From Leucoraja erinacea (Eukaryota): DNA of 64,000 nt. The notes beneath the pieces are model-generated. The model did no database searches. It had not been told where the DNA came from and saw nothing but the letters and a program-made list of their open reading frames with translations. Position numbers and translations under genes: made by a program. The stretch is taken from the NCBI RefSeq assembly GCF_028641065.1, contig NC_073401.1:25420001-25484000 (forward strand), written 5' to 3'. Shown here one piece after another: positions 50,798 to 61,854 of this stretch (position 1 is its first letter; every line of letters begins with the position of its first letter).

Positions 50798-53332
50798 CTT
50801 GCCAAATCACTGTGGAAAAATGAGAAGAGATTAGAATCCTTTATATCACTTGTGAACGACTTCTTGTTAAATCCACAGTTACACTTAGTTTATTGTCCTG
50901 GATATTTCACATTACTGGAGTACACGTGACAATAAACAAAACTTATTACAAAGCGACTTTTACTTTGAGGTGGGAGGAATGGTGGCAAATTATTTCTCCC
51001 GTTGTGAATTGTCCCTAATGTTTAGGGTAGGATAGTGTGGTAGTGTGCGGGGATCGCAGGTTGTCGAGGACTCGGTGGGCTGAAGGGCCTGTTTTAACGC
51101 TGTATCTCTAAACTGAAACTAAGGTTGGAGAGACTCTTGCACTTCTGGACGTAGGGGGTGAGAGGTAGGGAACATCTGAAGATGAGAAAAGACCAGGAGA
51201 AATCAGGCCTGGCAACAAATGGCCTCAGACAGGATGGTTGCCCCATCGTTGGCTCAGGAAGGTGTGATCAAGACCGATACAATGTGGTGAACTGTGAACA
51301 GGTTAAACAATTAGGGTGGAGGAAGGGGGATGGGGAAGGGGTGTGTGTAGAAGTTACTTAAAATTAGAGAAATCCATATTCATACTAAATATTAATTAAG
51401 CACTATTGACTCTAATTCGATCTTTTTGCACATAAGTTGAATTCAGTCTTTCAATTTCAATATATTAGAAACATTGAAAATAGGTGCAGGAGTAGGCCAT
51501 TTGGCCCTTCGATAATATGATCATGGCTGATCATCCAAAATAAGTAGCCCGTTCTGGCTTTTTCCCCATATCCCTTGATTCCCTTTGCCCCAAGAGCTAA
51601 ATGACTCTCTCCATCCAGTGAATTGGCCTCCACTGCCTTCTGTGGCAGAGAATTCCAGATTCACAACTCTCTCAGTGAGACTCCCAAGGGCGGCTGAGCT
51701 GCAATACTGGGCTTCTGACAGAAGAGGTCCCCCGTGAGCTAAGTTTCGTTTAACACTGCGATTGCATCGCTTCCCGGGAAATGAGAGCAGGCTTTCATCA
51801 GAGTCAATAGTGTTTTTTTGTCATATGTCCCAGATAAAACAACCACATTCTCCCTTTCAGCAGCACAAGAGGATATGTAAACACAGCACTCTGTGAACAA
51901 TGTAATACATGAGAAAAAGTTAATTGTGTGTGTGTGTGATATATATAGTTAGTATACATATATATACACACATAAAAACAAATAAATAATAGTAAATCCG
52001 TGGCAATAAAAAACAAACTGCTGGAGGAACTCAGCTGGTCAGACAGCATCTGTGTAAGCAGAAGGATGGTCCCAAATCAGAGTCCTGGCCCGAGAAGTCA
52101 ACTTCCACAGATGCTGCTTGATCCGCTGAGTTACTGGATACAAAATACTGGAGTAACTCGGCGGGACAAGGCAGCATCTCTGGAGAGAAGGAACGGGCCG
52201 GGACCCTTCTTCAGACTGAATATAGAGGGGTGGGAACTAGAGGTAAGTAAAGGCCAGGACAAAAATCAGGGCGTATTATTAATTGTAAAGACCAACGACA
52301 TTCTGGATCGTATTAAATGGGCCACTCGTGTGGCTTTCTAAACCAGGGCCACCCTTCAACAGGATAAATCATATTCCAGCATTCTCCCCGTCTCGCACAC
52401 GACGACGACCTGCTACGACCAAAATCGGCGCGACTTTGCGATAACTCGCTTTCCACTGTCACAGTGACTGCGCAGTCAATTATTCACTTCAACCTCAGAC
52501 TTCCTGTCAGAACCAGTCGAGTCGCACAAAGAATATCATCTCCGCGGTTTACACCGAAGATAGACAGGAGTGAATCAGCGGGTCAGGCAGCCTCTATAGA
52601 GAAAAGCTCTTGAGGCTAATAATGATTATTTAACCAGCTGTTCCAGTGTCTCCATTGAAGTAGCGGAAACAGGTGTCACTAAACCCGCGAACATAAGAAT
52701 GTGGGAAGCAGGAGGCCATTCGGCCCGCTTCACTATTGGGGATATCACAACTGATATTTTATTTCACCCGCAGATACATAGATACAAAATACTGGAATAA
52801 CTCAGCGGGACGAGGCAGCATCCCTGGGGAGAAGGAACGGGGAGCTTTCTTCAGACTGAAAATAGAGATGAGGGAACTGGAGGTAAGAAAAGGCCAGGAC
52901 AAAAGTCAGGGCGTGCAACAGACGACCAAGGGAGGGCGGAGCCCACAATAGACTATTGTTGTTGGTTAGGGAAGAGGTGATAGCAGAGGGATGCGAGCAG
53001 TGGAGATCTTAGTCATAAAACGGCTAGGGTGTGGGAGAGGGCGGAGAGACAGAATGCCGGGATTATTTGAAATGAGATAAATCGACGATTATACCGCTGG
53101 GTGTTAAACTGCCCAAGTGAAATATGTGGACCTGTTTCTCCAGCACTTTTGTCTACATTCGATTTTCCAGCATCTGCAGCTCCTTCTTCATTACTCGATT
53201 CCAATATTTTTCTGCTAAATCTTCACCTCTCTATGTTATCAGCTGATAATAACATTTCCCACCCCATGCGCAGAATGGCAGTAATTTATTTTTAAATTGT
53301 GAATTTGCCCGTGTTCAGAAGTTTGAACTTAC

Positions 53333-53500
53333 CAACCGAAGCCTCACAATCCTTGCACAAGAAGTCGATGAGAATCTGATTGCAGAATATTCTGTCTCTT
53401 TTTCCAGAGCTCCGCTCTTTGCAAAATCCTCAATCTCCTTGGTTCGCTGGGACACGAGCTTCAATGCACACACCTCTGCCAGCGTCTAGCAGTCGTCTGC
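53333..53500 (-). other. Non-coding exon 1 of ISG15-like copy 1 (5' end approximate)
   Basis: Consensus donor G|GTAAGT at 53333/53332; no ATG in the exon; ~30 nt downstream of a GATAAA TATA-like box. Confidence 0.65.
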
Positions 53501-53519
53501 GCTCCCTCTGGCCGCTTCC

Positions 53520-53696
53520 CTTTGGCTTTATCTCCTCTTCCAAGTTTCTGAACGTCATCGCCACTTCCCCTCCCTCCGAGTATTCACAGGCTGCTCGCTG
53601 CTACAAAACAAACAAAACGTCATCTCAGTTTCGTTTCCGAAAAATAGTCAGCCGCTTTCAGAGCCGCCGGCTATTTCACTTTCGGATTCGTTTCTG
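53520..53696 (-). promoter_or_regulatory. Interferon-responsive promoter of ISG15-like copy 1
   Basis: ISRE CAGTTTCGTTTCC 53626-53638; IRF-E/ISRE TATTTCACTTTCGG 53672-53685 followed by TTCGTTTC; ATF/CRE half-sites ACGTCA at ~53552 and ~53617; GATAAA (- strand) 53527-53532. Confidence 0.8.
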
Positions 53697-53940
53697 ACCC
53701 CCTGAATCCGAAATACAATAACAGCACAGGGAATCGATGCTGCAATCAGCTGTTGATCCACCATCACTGCAAGCACTTCTTGGTTGCAATGTAACTGATT
53801 TTCACTTAAATGCAACATGAAAATAACCGCTCTTCGCATCTGTGGCAACGAACTGCAGATGCTGGTTTAAACCGAAGTTAGTCACAAAAAGGTTGGAGTG
53901 ACTCAGCGGGTCAGACAGCATCTCTGGAGAAAAGGGATAG

Positions 53941-53970
53941 GTGACGTTTCGGGTCGAGACCCTTCTTCAG
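53941..53970 (-). ncRNA. Minimal hammerhead-ribozyme-like motif in a Penelope-type terminal repeat (also 33632-33661 -, 61698-61727 -, 48360-48387 +, 31473-31500 +)
   Basis: CTGAAGA-A-GGGTC-TC-GACCC-GAAA-C-GTC: CUGANGA and GAAA core boxes, helix II, ACGT palindrome, GUC site; helix I only ~2 bp. Confidence 0.55.
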
Positions 53971-54096
53971 ACACTGTATTAAGGTTTCAACTGATTGAGA
54001 AGCTTTTAAGGGGCAGAACTTTCAAGGGTCCCGGGGGATTTGGAGTGAAAATAACACCCATGACGTGCCAGGCTTTGTCCCACCTCCTCCGTTTTA

Positions 54097-55880
54097 AGGT
54101 CATAAGGGATAGTAGAATTAGGCCGTTTGGCCCATTAAGTCTACTCCGCCATTCAATCAAGGCTGATCTATCTTTCCCTCCTAACCCCATTCTCCTGCCT
54201 TCTCCCCATAACCCCTGACACCTGTACTAATCAAGAATCTATCTATCTCTGCCTTAAAAATATCCACTGACTTGGCCTCCACAGCCTTCTGTAGCAAAGA
54301 ATACCACAGATTCATCATCCTATGACTAAATAAATTTCTCCTCATCTCCTTCCTAAAAGATCGTCCTTTAATTCTGAGGATATGACCTCTAGTCCTAGAC
54401 TCTCCCACAAGTGGAAACATCCTCTCCACATCCACTCTATCCAAGCCTTTCACTATTCTATAGGTTTCAATGAAGTCCCCTCTCATTCTCCTAAACTCCA
54501 GCGAGTGCAGGCCCAGTGCCAACAAACGCTCATCATAGGTTAACCCACTCATTCCTGGGATCATTCTTGTAAACCTCTGGACCCTCTCCAGAGCCAGCAC
54601 ATCCTTCCTCAGATATGGTGCCCAGAATTGCTCACAACATTTCAAATGTGGCCTTACCAGCGCCTTATAGAGCCTCAGCATTACATCCCTGTTTTTGTAT
54701 ACAAGCCCTCTTGAAATAAATGGCAGCATTAAGTTTGCTTTCTTTACTGCTGATTAGACTTTCAGATTAACTTTTTGGCAATCCTGCACCAGCACTCCCA
54801 AGTCCCTTTGCACCTCCGATTTCTGGATTCTCACCCCGTTTAGAAAATAATTTCCTACTTCACGCTTTGCTATACTATATCCCACCTGCCACTTCTCTGC
54901 CCACTCTCACAGCCTGTCCAAGTCCTTCTGCAGAGTACCCACCTTCTCTACACTACCTGCCCCTCCACCTATTTTCTACACCACCTGCCCCTCCACCTAT
55001 TTTCGTATCATCTGCAAACTTTGCCACAAAGCCTTCAATCTCTTCGTCCAAATCATTAATATACAATGTGAAAAATAGCAGCCCCAACACCGACCCTTGC
55101 GTAATTCCACTAGTCACTGGCAGCCGTCCAGAAAAAGCCCCCTTTATTGCCACTTTATTGTCTTCTGCCATCCAGCCAACCTGCTTTCCATGCTAGTATC
55201 TGCCCTTTGATACCGTGGGCTTTCAACTTATTTAGCACCTTATCAAAGGCTTTCTGAAAATCTAAATCTGACTCCTTTGACTGTCCAGCTATTTAGTTCT
55301 TCAAAGAATTCCAGCAAATTTGTCAAGTAAGAACTCCCCTACACAAAGCCGAACTGACTTTGGCCTATTTTATCGTGAACTTCTAAGTACTCCGTAACCG
55401 CATCCTTTATAATGGACTCTAAAGTCTTACCAACCACCGAAGTCAGGCCAGCCGACCTATAGTTCCCACTATTCTGCCTAGCTTCCTTTTTGTGCAGCAG
55501 GGCAATTTTCCAATCATTTGGTCCAACTCCTGTCGATATCACTGTCAATGCCTCCACAACCTCCACAGCCACCCTTGGGTACAGTCCATCCTGTCCAGGT
55601 GACATCCACCTTCAGCCCTTTCACCTTCCCAAGCACCTTCTCCCATCGTAATAACAATTCCACTAACTCCCACCCCCTGACTCTCTCGAATTTCAGGCCC
55701 GTTGCCGGTGTATTCCACTGTGAAGACTGATGCAAAAAAGTTATTCAGCTCCTCTGCCATTTCTTTATTCCCCATTATCACTTCTCCTGCATCAATCTCC
55801 AGTGGTCCAACGTCCACTCTTGCCTTTTGTTCTCTTTATATAACTGAAGAAACTCTTGCTGTCCTCTTTTATATTATTTC
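54097..55880 (-). mobile_element. CR1 LINE RT region, degenerate (duplicated at ~61855-63640)
   Basis: NYRSAGLTSVVGKTLESII, SGITQGSVLGLLFFTLYINDL, KFADDTKIGG, LYKALVRPHL, RRMRGDFIETYRI. Confidence 0.92.
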
Positions 55881-56099
55881 CCAACTTTTTTTCCACCCGA
55901 CACCAATCAGTCTGACAAAGGGCCCAGCCCCGAAACGTCATCTGTCTATTCTCGCCACTGATGCTGCCTGACCCGCTGAGTTCCACCGGCATCCTGGTGT
56001 TTTGAACACTTTCCCACAGCTTTGCCCCTCACCCCAGCCACAGTAACAAAGCAGGACAAGCAACATCTCTGCAGAGAAGGGATGGGTGATATTTCGGAT

Positions 56100-56560
56100 T
56101 ACATAGAAACATAGAAAATAGGTGCAGAAGTAGATCATTCGGCCCTTTGAGCCTGCACCACCATTCAATATGATCATGGCTGATCATCCAACTCAGTATC
56201 CTGTACCTGCCTTCTCTCCATGATCCCTCTAGCTACAAGGGCCACATCTAACTCCCTCTTAAATATAGCCAATGAACTGGCCTTAACTACCTTCTGTGGC
56301 AGAGACTTCCTGAGATTCACCACTCTTTGTGTGAAAAATGTTTTTCTCATCTCGGTTCTAAAGGATTTCCCCTCAATCCTTAAGCTGTGACCCCTTGTCC
56401 TGGACTTCCCCAACATCGGGAACAATCTTCCTGCATCTAGCCTGTCCAACCCCTTAAGAATTTTGTAAGTTTCTATAAGATCCCCCCTCAATCTCCTAAA
56501 TTCTAGCGAGTACAATCCGAGTCTATCCAGTCTTTCTTCATAAGAAAGTCCTGACATCCC
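56100..56560 (-). mobile_element. CR1 LINE 3' fragment (duplicate starts ~63857)
   Basis: MSGLSYEERLDRLGLYSLEFRRLRGDLIETYKILKGLDRLD; (catagaaa)n tail. Confidence 0.9.
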
Positions 56561-58366
56561 ATTGAGACCCTTCCTCAGACTGAGTGGCAGGGGAGAGGAA
56601 GTCTAGAGATATGGAAGGGTAGGTGTGAAAACGACAGATCAAAGCAGATGAGTGTAAGGAAATGTTGAATGGTTCATTGTTAGCTGAGCGGAAGGTGACT
56701 GGAGGATTAATAATTAATTTAGAGGGAAACTAAAGGAAAAATTAAAGTTACAGACTTCGCAGGTTAGCTTCAAGGGACATTATTGCATGATATCATGGAG
56801 AGATGGCGGCAGAAAACTGCTCACCAGTTCACTGACTTCATCGTAGAATTAGCCGACAGTTATACTGTGCAGTAAACAACATTGAGTGATGAAAAACTCA
56901 AACTGGAAGGATAACACCTCACATTCCAACTGCTTAGTCTACAACCTATTGGCCTGAACATTTGAGTTTTCCAATTCCAGGTAACCCACACTCCCTGTGG
57001 TCCTTCCTCCCAACCCGCACCCTCACCCATCTTCATGCCTCCCCTTCCCCTTGATTCCCTGTGTCTGTCACCCACTCATACCCACTGGGTCTGTGCCCCT
57101 CCCCCCCCCCCAACACTTCCATCTGCTAACCATCACTCCTTATCTAATTCCACATACCACCTTCCTTGCCCATTATATTCCCACATCCTCACCCTCTTGC
57201 GTCTCCTTTTCAGCCTCTGCCTCTTCCTTCACTCTCCCCCTCACCCTACGTGGCTCTCAACTCTACCTATCACCCACCAGCCACCCACTCCCAACTCCAC
57301 CTTCACCCCTCTCTCCCACCCGACACCATCTGCCCATCCTATACCTCCACACCTGGTTCCGCCAATTGCTTACCTGCCCCGACCCAACATGACCCTGCAA
57401 ATGGGTGAAGTAAGTGACAAAAACACGTGTTCATACAGTTATATATTTATTAATGTGGAATGCTTTAGTTGCACAGTAGATTGGATTTTGCATCAACATT
57501 ACATTGCAAGGCATTTAGAACTCAAACTAACATGAAGACGGTAATTTTGAAGCAATGATTTGCAGAGTGTGTGGTGAAGTATTTCACATTATAGATTGGA
57601 GGATAGATCAGCTATCCTTTGGCCATAGAATAAGTGAGAAGCCAATGTGGTTTGTGAACTCGTAGGAATCAGATTCATCTGGACCACGCCGGTTTACAGC
57701 GCACACCTCTGAACCGAAGTCTGAAGAAGGGTCTCGACCCGAAATATCACCTATCCAGAGATGCTGCCTGTCCCGCTGAGTTACTCTGGCATTTTGTGTC
57801 TACAAAAGGTGCGGAGTTGGATATGAAGGAATGTGTCAGATTTAAACAAACTGCATTTTTGGCCAAGCTGAGAAGGCTGGAAAGTGGCCAGCTGATCCAA
57901 CTTGCTTTATTAATCCGAGATGATCATTCATCTGCGGCTATTTACAGTGCCGGAGACCTGAGTTTGATCCTGACTACGGGTGCTGTCTATATGAGGTTTG
58001 TACGTTCTCCACATGTCCTGCGCGGGTTTTCCCCGGGTGTTCCGGTTTCCACCCACGTTCCAAATACATAGAGGTTTGTGGGTTAATTAATTGGCTTTAG
58101 TAAACTTGTAAATTGTCCCTAGTGTGTGTAGGATGGCGTTAGCGTGCAGTGATCGTTGGTCAAAGCACTCAGTAGGCGGAAGGGCCTGCTTTCCCCCTGT
58201 ATCTCGAGACTAAACCAAATGAAGCAGATAGGCAGCAGAAAGAAGCAAAGTGAACAATATCGAACATTGAACAAATCGACTCATCTCTAGTCTCTTTTAA
58301 ATTAAGTATTAGAAAATAGGAATTCAAAATATAATTAAGTTTTAATCTAGTTCAGTCGAGCGCAAA

Positions 58367-58834
58367 TTAACCACCGCGCAGACGAAGCAGGAGCTGGATG
58401 GTGGACTGAGACGTGATGTTGTAATCTGAGAGCAACCGGCCATCTTCCAGTTGATTGCTCCCAAATGTCAGGCGCTGTTGGTCGGGCGTGACCCCTTCCT
58501 GCCTTTGTACTTTTTGTTTAAACTCCCGCACGGACTCAGAAGGCAGCACGTCGTACGTGGTCATTTTCCCCTTGTCATTGCGGAGGAATATCTGCATGCG
58601 TTCCTCCTTCCTGATCAGCAGCATGACCGAGGAGTCAGGGGGGAGGTTGTAGTCCCTCAGCCGGCTGTTGTCCCGAAGCTCCACCTGCTGCCCGTTTTGC
58701 ACCATCAGGCGCTGTTGGGAACTTGGCACCTGGGTTGCTTGGTATATTTTCTCCTTGAGAGCCGACACCTGGATGTTAGGGTCGACATCCATTTGCAAAG
58801 ACTCGCCGGTCAAATACTTCAACTGGAGTCTCAT
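58367..58834 (-). CDS. ISG15: ISG15-like di-ubiquitin protein, copy 2 (155 aa)
   Basis: 142/155 aa identical to copy 1; LRLRGG-stop; acceptor at 58847-58848. Confidence 0.88.
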   Translation of the reverse strand: MRLQLKYLTGESLQMDVDPNIQVSALKEKIYQATQVPSSQQRLMVQNGQQVELRDNSRLRDYNLPPDSSVMLLIRKEERMQIFLRNDKGKMTTYDVLPSESVREFKQKVQRQEGVTPDQQRLTFGSNQLEDGRLLSDYNITSQSTIQLLLRLRGG

Positions 58835-60089
58835 CTTGCCAAATCACTGTGGAAAAATGAGAAGAGATTAGAATCCTTTATATCACTTGTGAACGACTTC
58901 TGTGTTAAATCCACAGTTACACTTAGTTTATTGTCCTGGATACAATTTCACATTTTTACTTTGAGTACACGTGACAATAAACAAAACTTATTACAAAGCG
59001 CACTTTTACTTTGAGGTGGGAGGAAATGCATTTACTGGTGACAAAGTTATTTCTCCCTTGTGAATTGTCCAGAGTGTTTAGGGTACAGAGTTTGTACGTT
59101 CTCCCACTGACCTGCGTGGGTTTTCTCCAGGTGCTCTGTGTGGTACTGGATTGTAAGTTAATTGGCTGCGGGGGTCGCAGGTTAGTGTGCGGGGATCGGG
59201 GTTGTCGACTCGGTGGGCTGAAGGGCCTGTTTTAACGCTGTATCTCTAAACTGAAACTAAGGTTGGAGAGACTCTTGCACTTCTGGACGTAGGGGGTGAG
59301 AGGTAGGGAACATCTGAAGATGAGAAAAGACCAGGAGAAATCAGGCCTGGCAACAAATGGCCTCAGACAGGATGGTTGCCCCATCGTTGGCTCAGGAAGG
59401 TGTGATCAAGACCGATACAATGTGGTGAACTGTGAACAGGTTAAACAATTAGGGTGGAGGAAGGGGGATGGGGAAGGGGTGTGTGTAGAAGTTACTTAAA
59501 ATTAGAGAAATCCATATTCATACTAAATATCAATTAAGCACTATTGACTGTAATTCGATCTTTTTGCACAGAAGTTGAATTCAGTCTTTCAATTTCAATA
59601 TATTAGAAACATTGAAAATAGGTGCAGGAGTAGGCCATTTGGCCCTTCGATAATATGATCATGGCTGATCATCCAAAATAAGTAGCCCGTTCTGGCTTTT
59701 TCCCCATATCCCTTGATTCCCTTAGCCCCAAGAGCTAAATGACTCTCTCCATCCAGTGAATTGGCCTCCACTGCCTTCTGTGGCAGAGAATTCCAGATTC
59801 ACAACTCTCTGGGTGAGACTCCCAAGGGCGGCTGAGCTGCAATACTGGGCTTCTGACAGAAGAGGTCCCCCGTGAGCTAAGTTTCGTTTAACACTGCGAT
59901 TGCATCGCTTCCCGGGAAATGAGAGCAGGCTTTCATCAGAGTCAATAGTGTTTTTTTGTCATATGTCCCAGATAAAACAATCACATTCTCCCTTTCAGCA
60001 GCACAAGAGGATATGTAAACACAGTACTCTGTGAATAATGTAATACACGAGAAAAAGTTAATTGTGTGTGTGGTATATAGTTAGTATAC

Positions 60090-60120
<31 letters not shown>

Positions 60121-61089
60121 AAAACAAATAAATAATAGTAAATCCGAGGCAATAAAAAACAAACTGCTGGAGGAACTCAGCTGGTCAGACAGCATCTGTG
60201 TAGGCAGAAGGATGGTCCCAAATCAGAGTCCTGGCCCGAGAAGTCAACTGCCACAGATGCTGCTTGATCCGCTGAGTTACTGGATACAAAATACTGGAGT
60301 AACTCAGCGGGACAAGGCAGCATCTCTGGAGAGAAGGAACGGGCCGGGACCCTTCTTCAGACTGAAAATAGAGAGGTGGGAACTAGAGGTAAGTAAAGGC
60401 CAGGACAAAAATCAGGGCGTATTATTAATTGTAAAGACCAACGACATTCTGGATCGTATTAAATGGGCCACTCGTGTGGCTTTCTAAACCAGGGCCACCC
60501 TTCAACAGGATAAATCATATTCCAGCATTCTCCCCGTCTCGCACACGACGACGACAGGGAAGAGGTGCTAGCAGAGGGATTCGAGCAGTGGAGATCTTAG
60601 TCATAAGGCGGGTAGGGAGTGGGAGAGGGCGGAGAGACAGAATGCCGGGATTATTTGAAATGAGATACATCGTCGATTATACCGCTGGGTGGTAAACTGC
60701 CCAAGCAAAAAGCTGGAGTATCTCAGCGGCAGCATCTCTGGAGAGAATGGGTGAGATTTCGGGTCGAGACCCTTCTTCAGACGAGGTGCTGTTCCTCCAT
60801 CGCCCGACACTAACCCAGTATCACTTGATCCCAAGGTAGACAAAAATGCTGGAGAAACTCAGCGGGTGCTACTGCTACTGAACCTGCTGAGTTTCTCCAG
60901 CACTTTTGTCTACCTTCGATTTTCCAGCATCTGCAGTTCCTTCTTCATCACTCGATTCCAATATTTTTCTGCTAAATCTTCACCTCTCTATGTTATCAGC
61001 TGATAATGGCATTTCCCACCCCATGCGCAGAATGGCAGTAATTTCTTTTTAAATTGTGAATTTGCCCGTGTTCAGAAGTTTGAACTTAC

Positions 61090-61257
61090 CAACCGAAGCC
61101 TCACAATCCTTGCACAAGAAGTCGATGAGAATCTGATTGCAGAATATTCTGTCTCTTTTTCCAGAGCTCCGCTCTTTGCAAATTCCTCAATCTCCTTGGT
61201 TCGCTGGGACACGAGCTTCAATGCACACACCTCTGCCAGCGTCTAGCAGTCGTCTGC
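61090..61257 (-). other. Non-coding exon 1 of ISG15-like copy 2 (5' end approximate)
   Basis: G|GTAAGT donor at 61090/61089; paralogous to 53333-53500. Confidence 0.65.
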
Positions 61258-61276
61258 GCTCCCTCTGGCCGCTTCC

Positions 61277-61453
61277 CTTTGGCTTTATCTCCTCTTCCAA
61301 GTTTCTGAACGTCATCGCCACTCCCCCTCCCTCCGAGTTTTCACAGGCTGCTCGCTGCTACAAAACAAACAAAACGTCATCTCAGTTTCGTTTCCGAAAA
61401 ATAGTCAGCCGCTTTCAGAGCCGCCGGCTATTTCACTTTCGGATTCGTTTCTG
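61277..61453 (-). promoter_or_regulatory. Interferon-responsive promoter of ISG15-like copy 2
   Basis: ISRE CAGTTTCGTTTCC 61383-61395; TATTTCACTTTCGG 61429-61442; GATAAA (- strand) 61284-61289; motifs identical to copy 1. Confidence 0.8.
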
Positions 61454-61854
61454 ACCCCCTGAATCCGAAATACAATAACAGCACAGGGAATCGAAGCTGC
61501 AATCAGCTGTTGATCCACCATCACTGCAAGCACTTCTTGGTTGCAATGTAACTGATTTTCACTTAAATGCAACATGAAAATAACCGCTCCTCGCATCTGT
61601 GGCAACGAACTACAGATGCTGGTTTAAACCGAAGTTAGTCACAAAAAGGTTGGAGTGACTCAGCGGGTCAGACAGCATCTCTGGAGAAAAGGGATAGGTG
61701 ACGTTTCGGGTCGAGACCCTTCTTCAGACACTGTATTAAGGTTTCAACTGATTGAGAAGCTTTTAAGGGGCAGAACTTTCAAGGGTCCCGGGGGATTTGG
61801 AGTGAAAATAACACCCATGACGTGCCAGGCTTTGTCCCACCTCTTCCGTTTTAA

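Noticed and set aside
53380-53697. 105-aa + strand ORF conserved in both duplication units
   Set aside because: Antisense to the ISG15-like exon 1/promoter, non-ATG start; conservation only reflects the recent duplication.
50798-58366. OAS nucleotidyltransferase exons making these a true OASL
   Set aside because: No OAS-like peptide seen; the space is TE-filled, each copy has its own promoter and non-coding exon, and an in-frame TGA follows the acceptor.
50330-58834. Polyubiquitin (UBB/UBC), NEDD8 or FAT10
   Set aside because: The domains are divergent from ubiquitin and from each other, there is no internal GG, the end is LRLRGG rather than FAT10's CYCIGG, and the promoter has ISREs.
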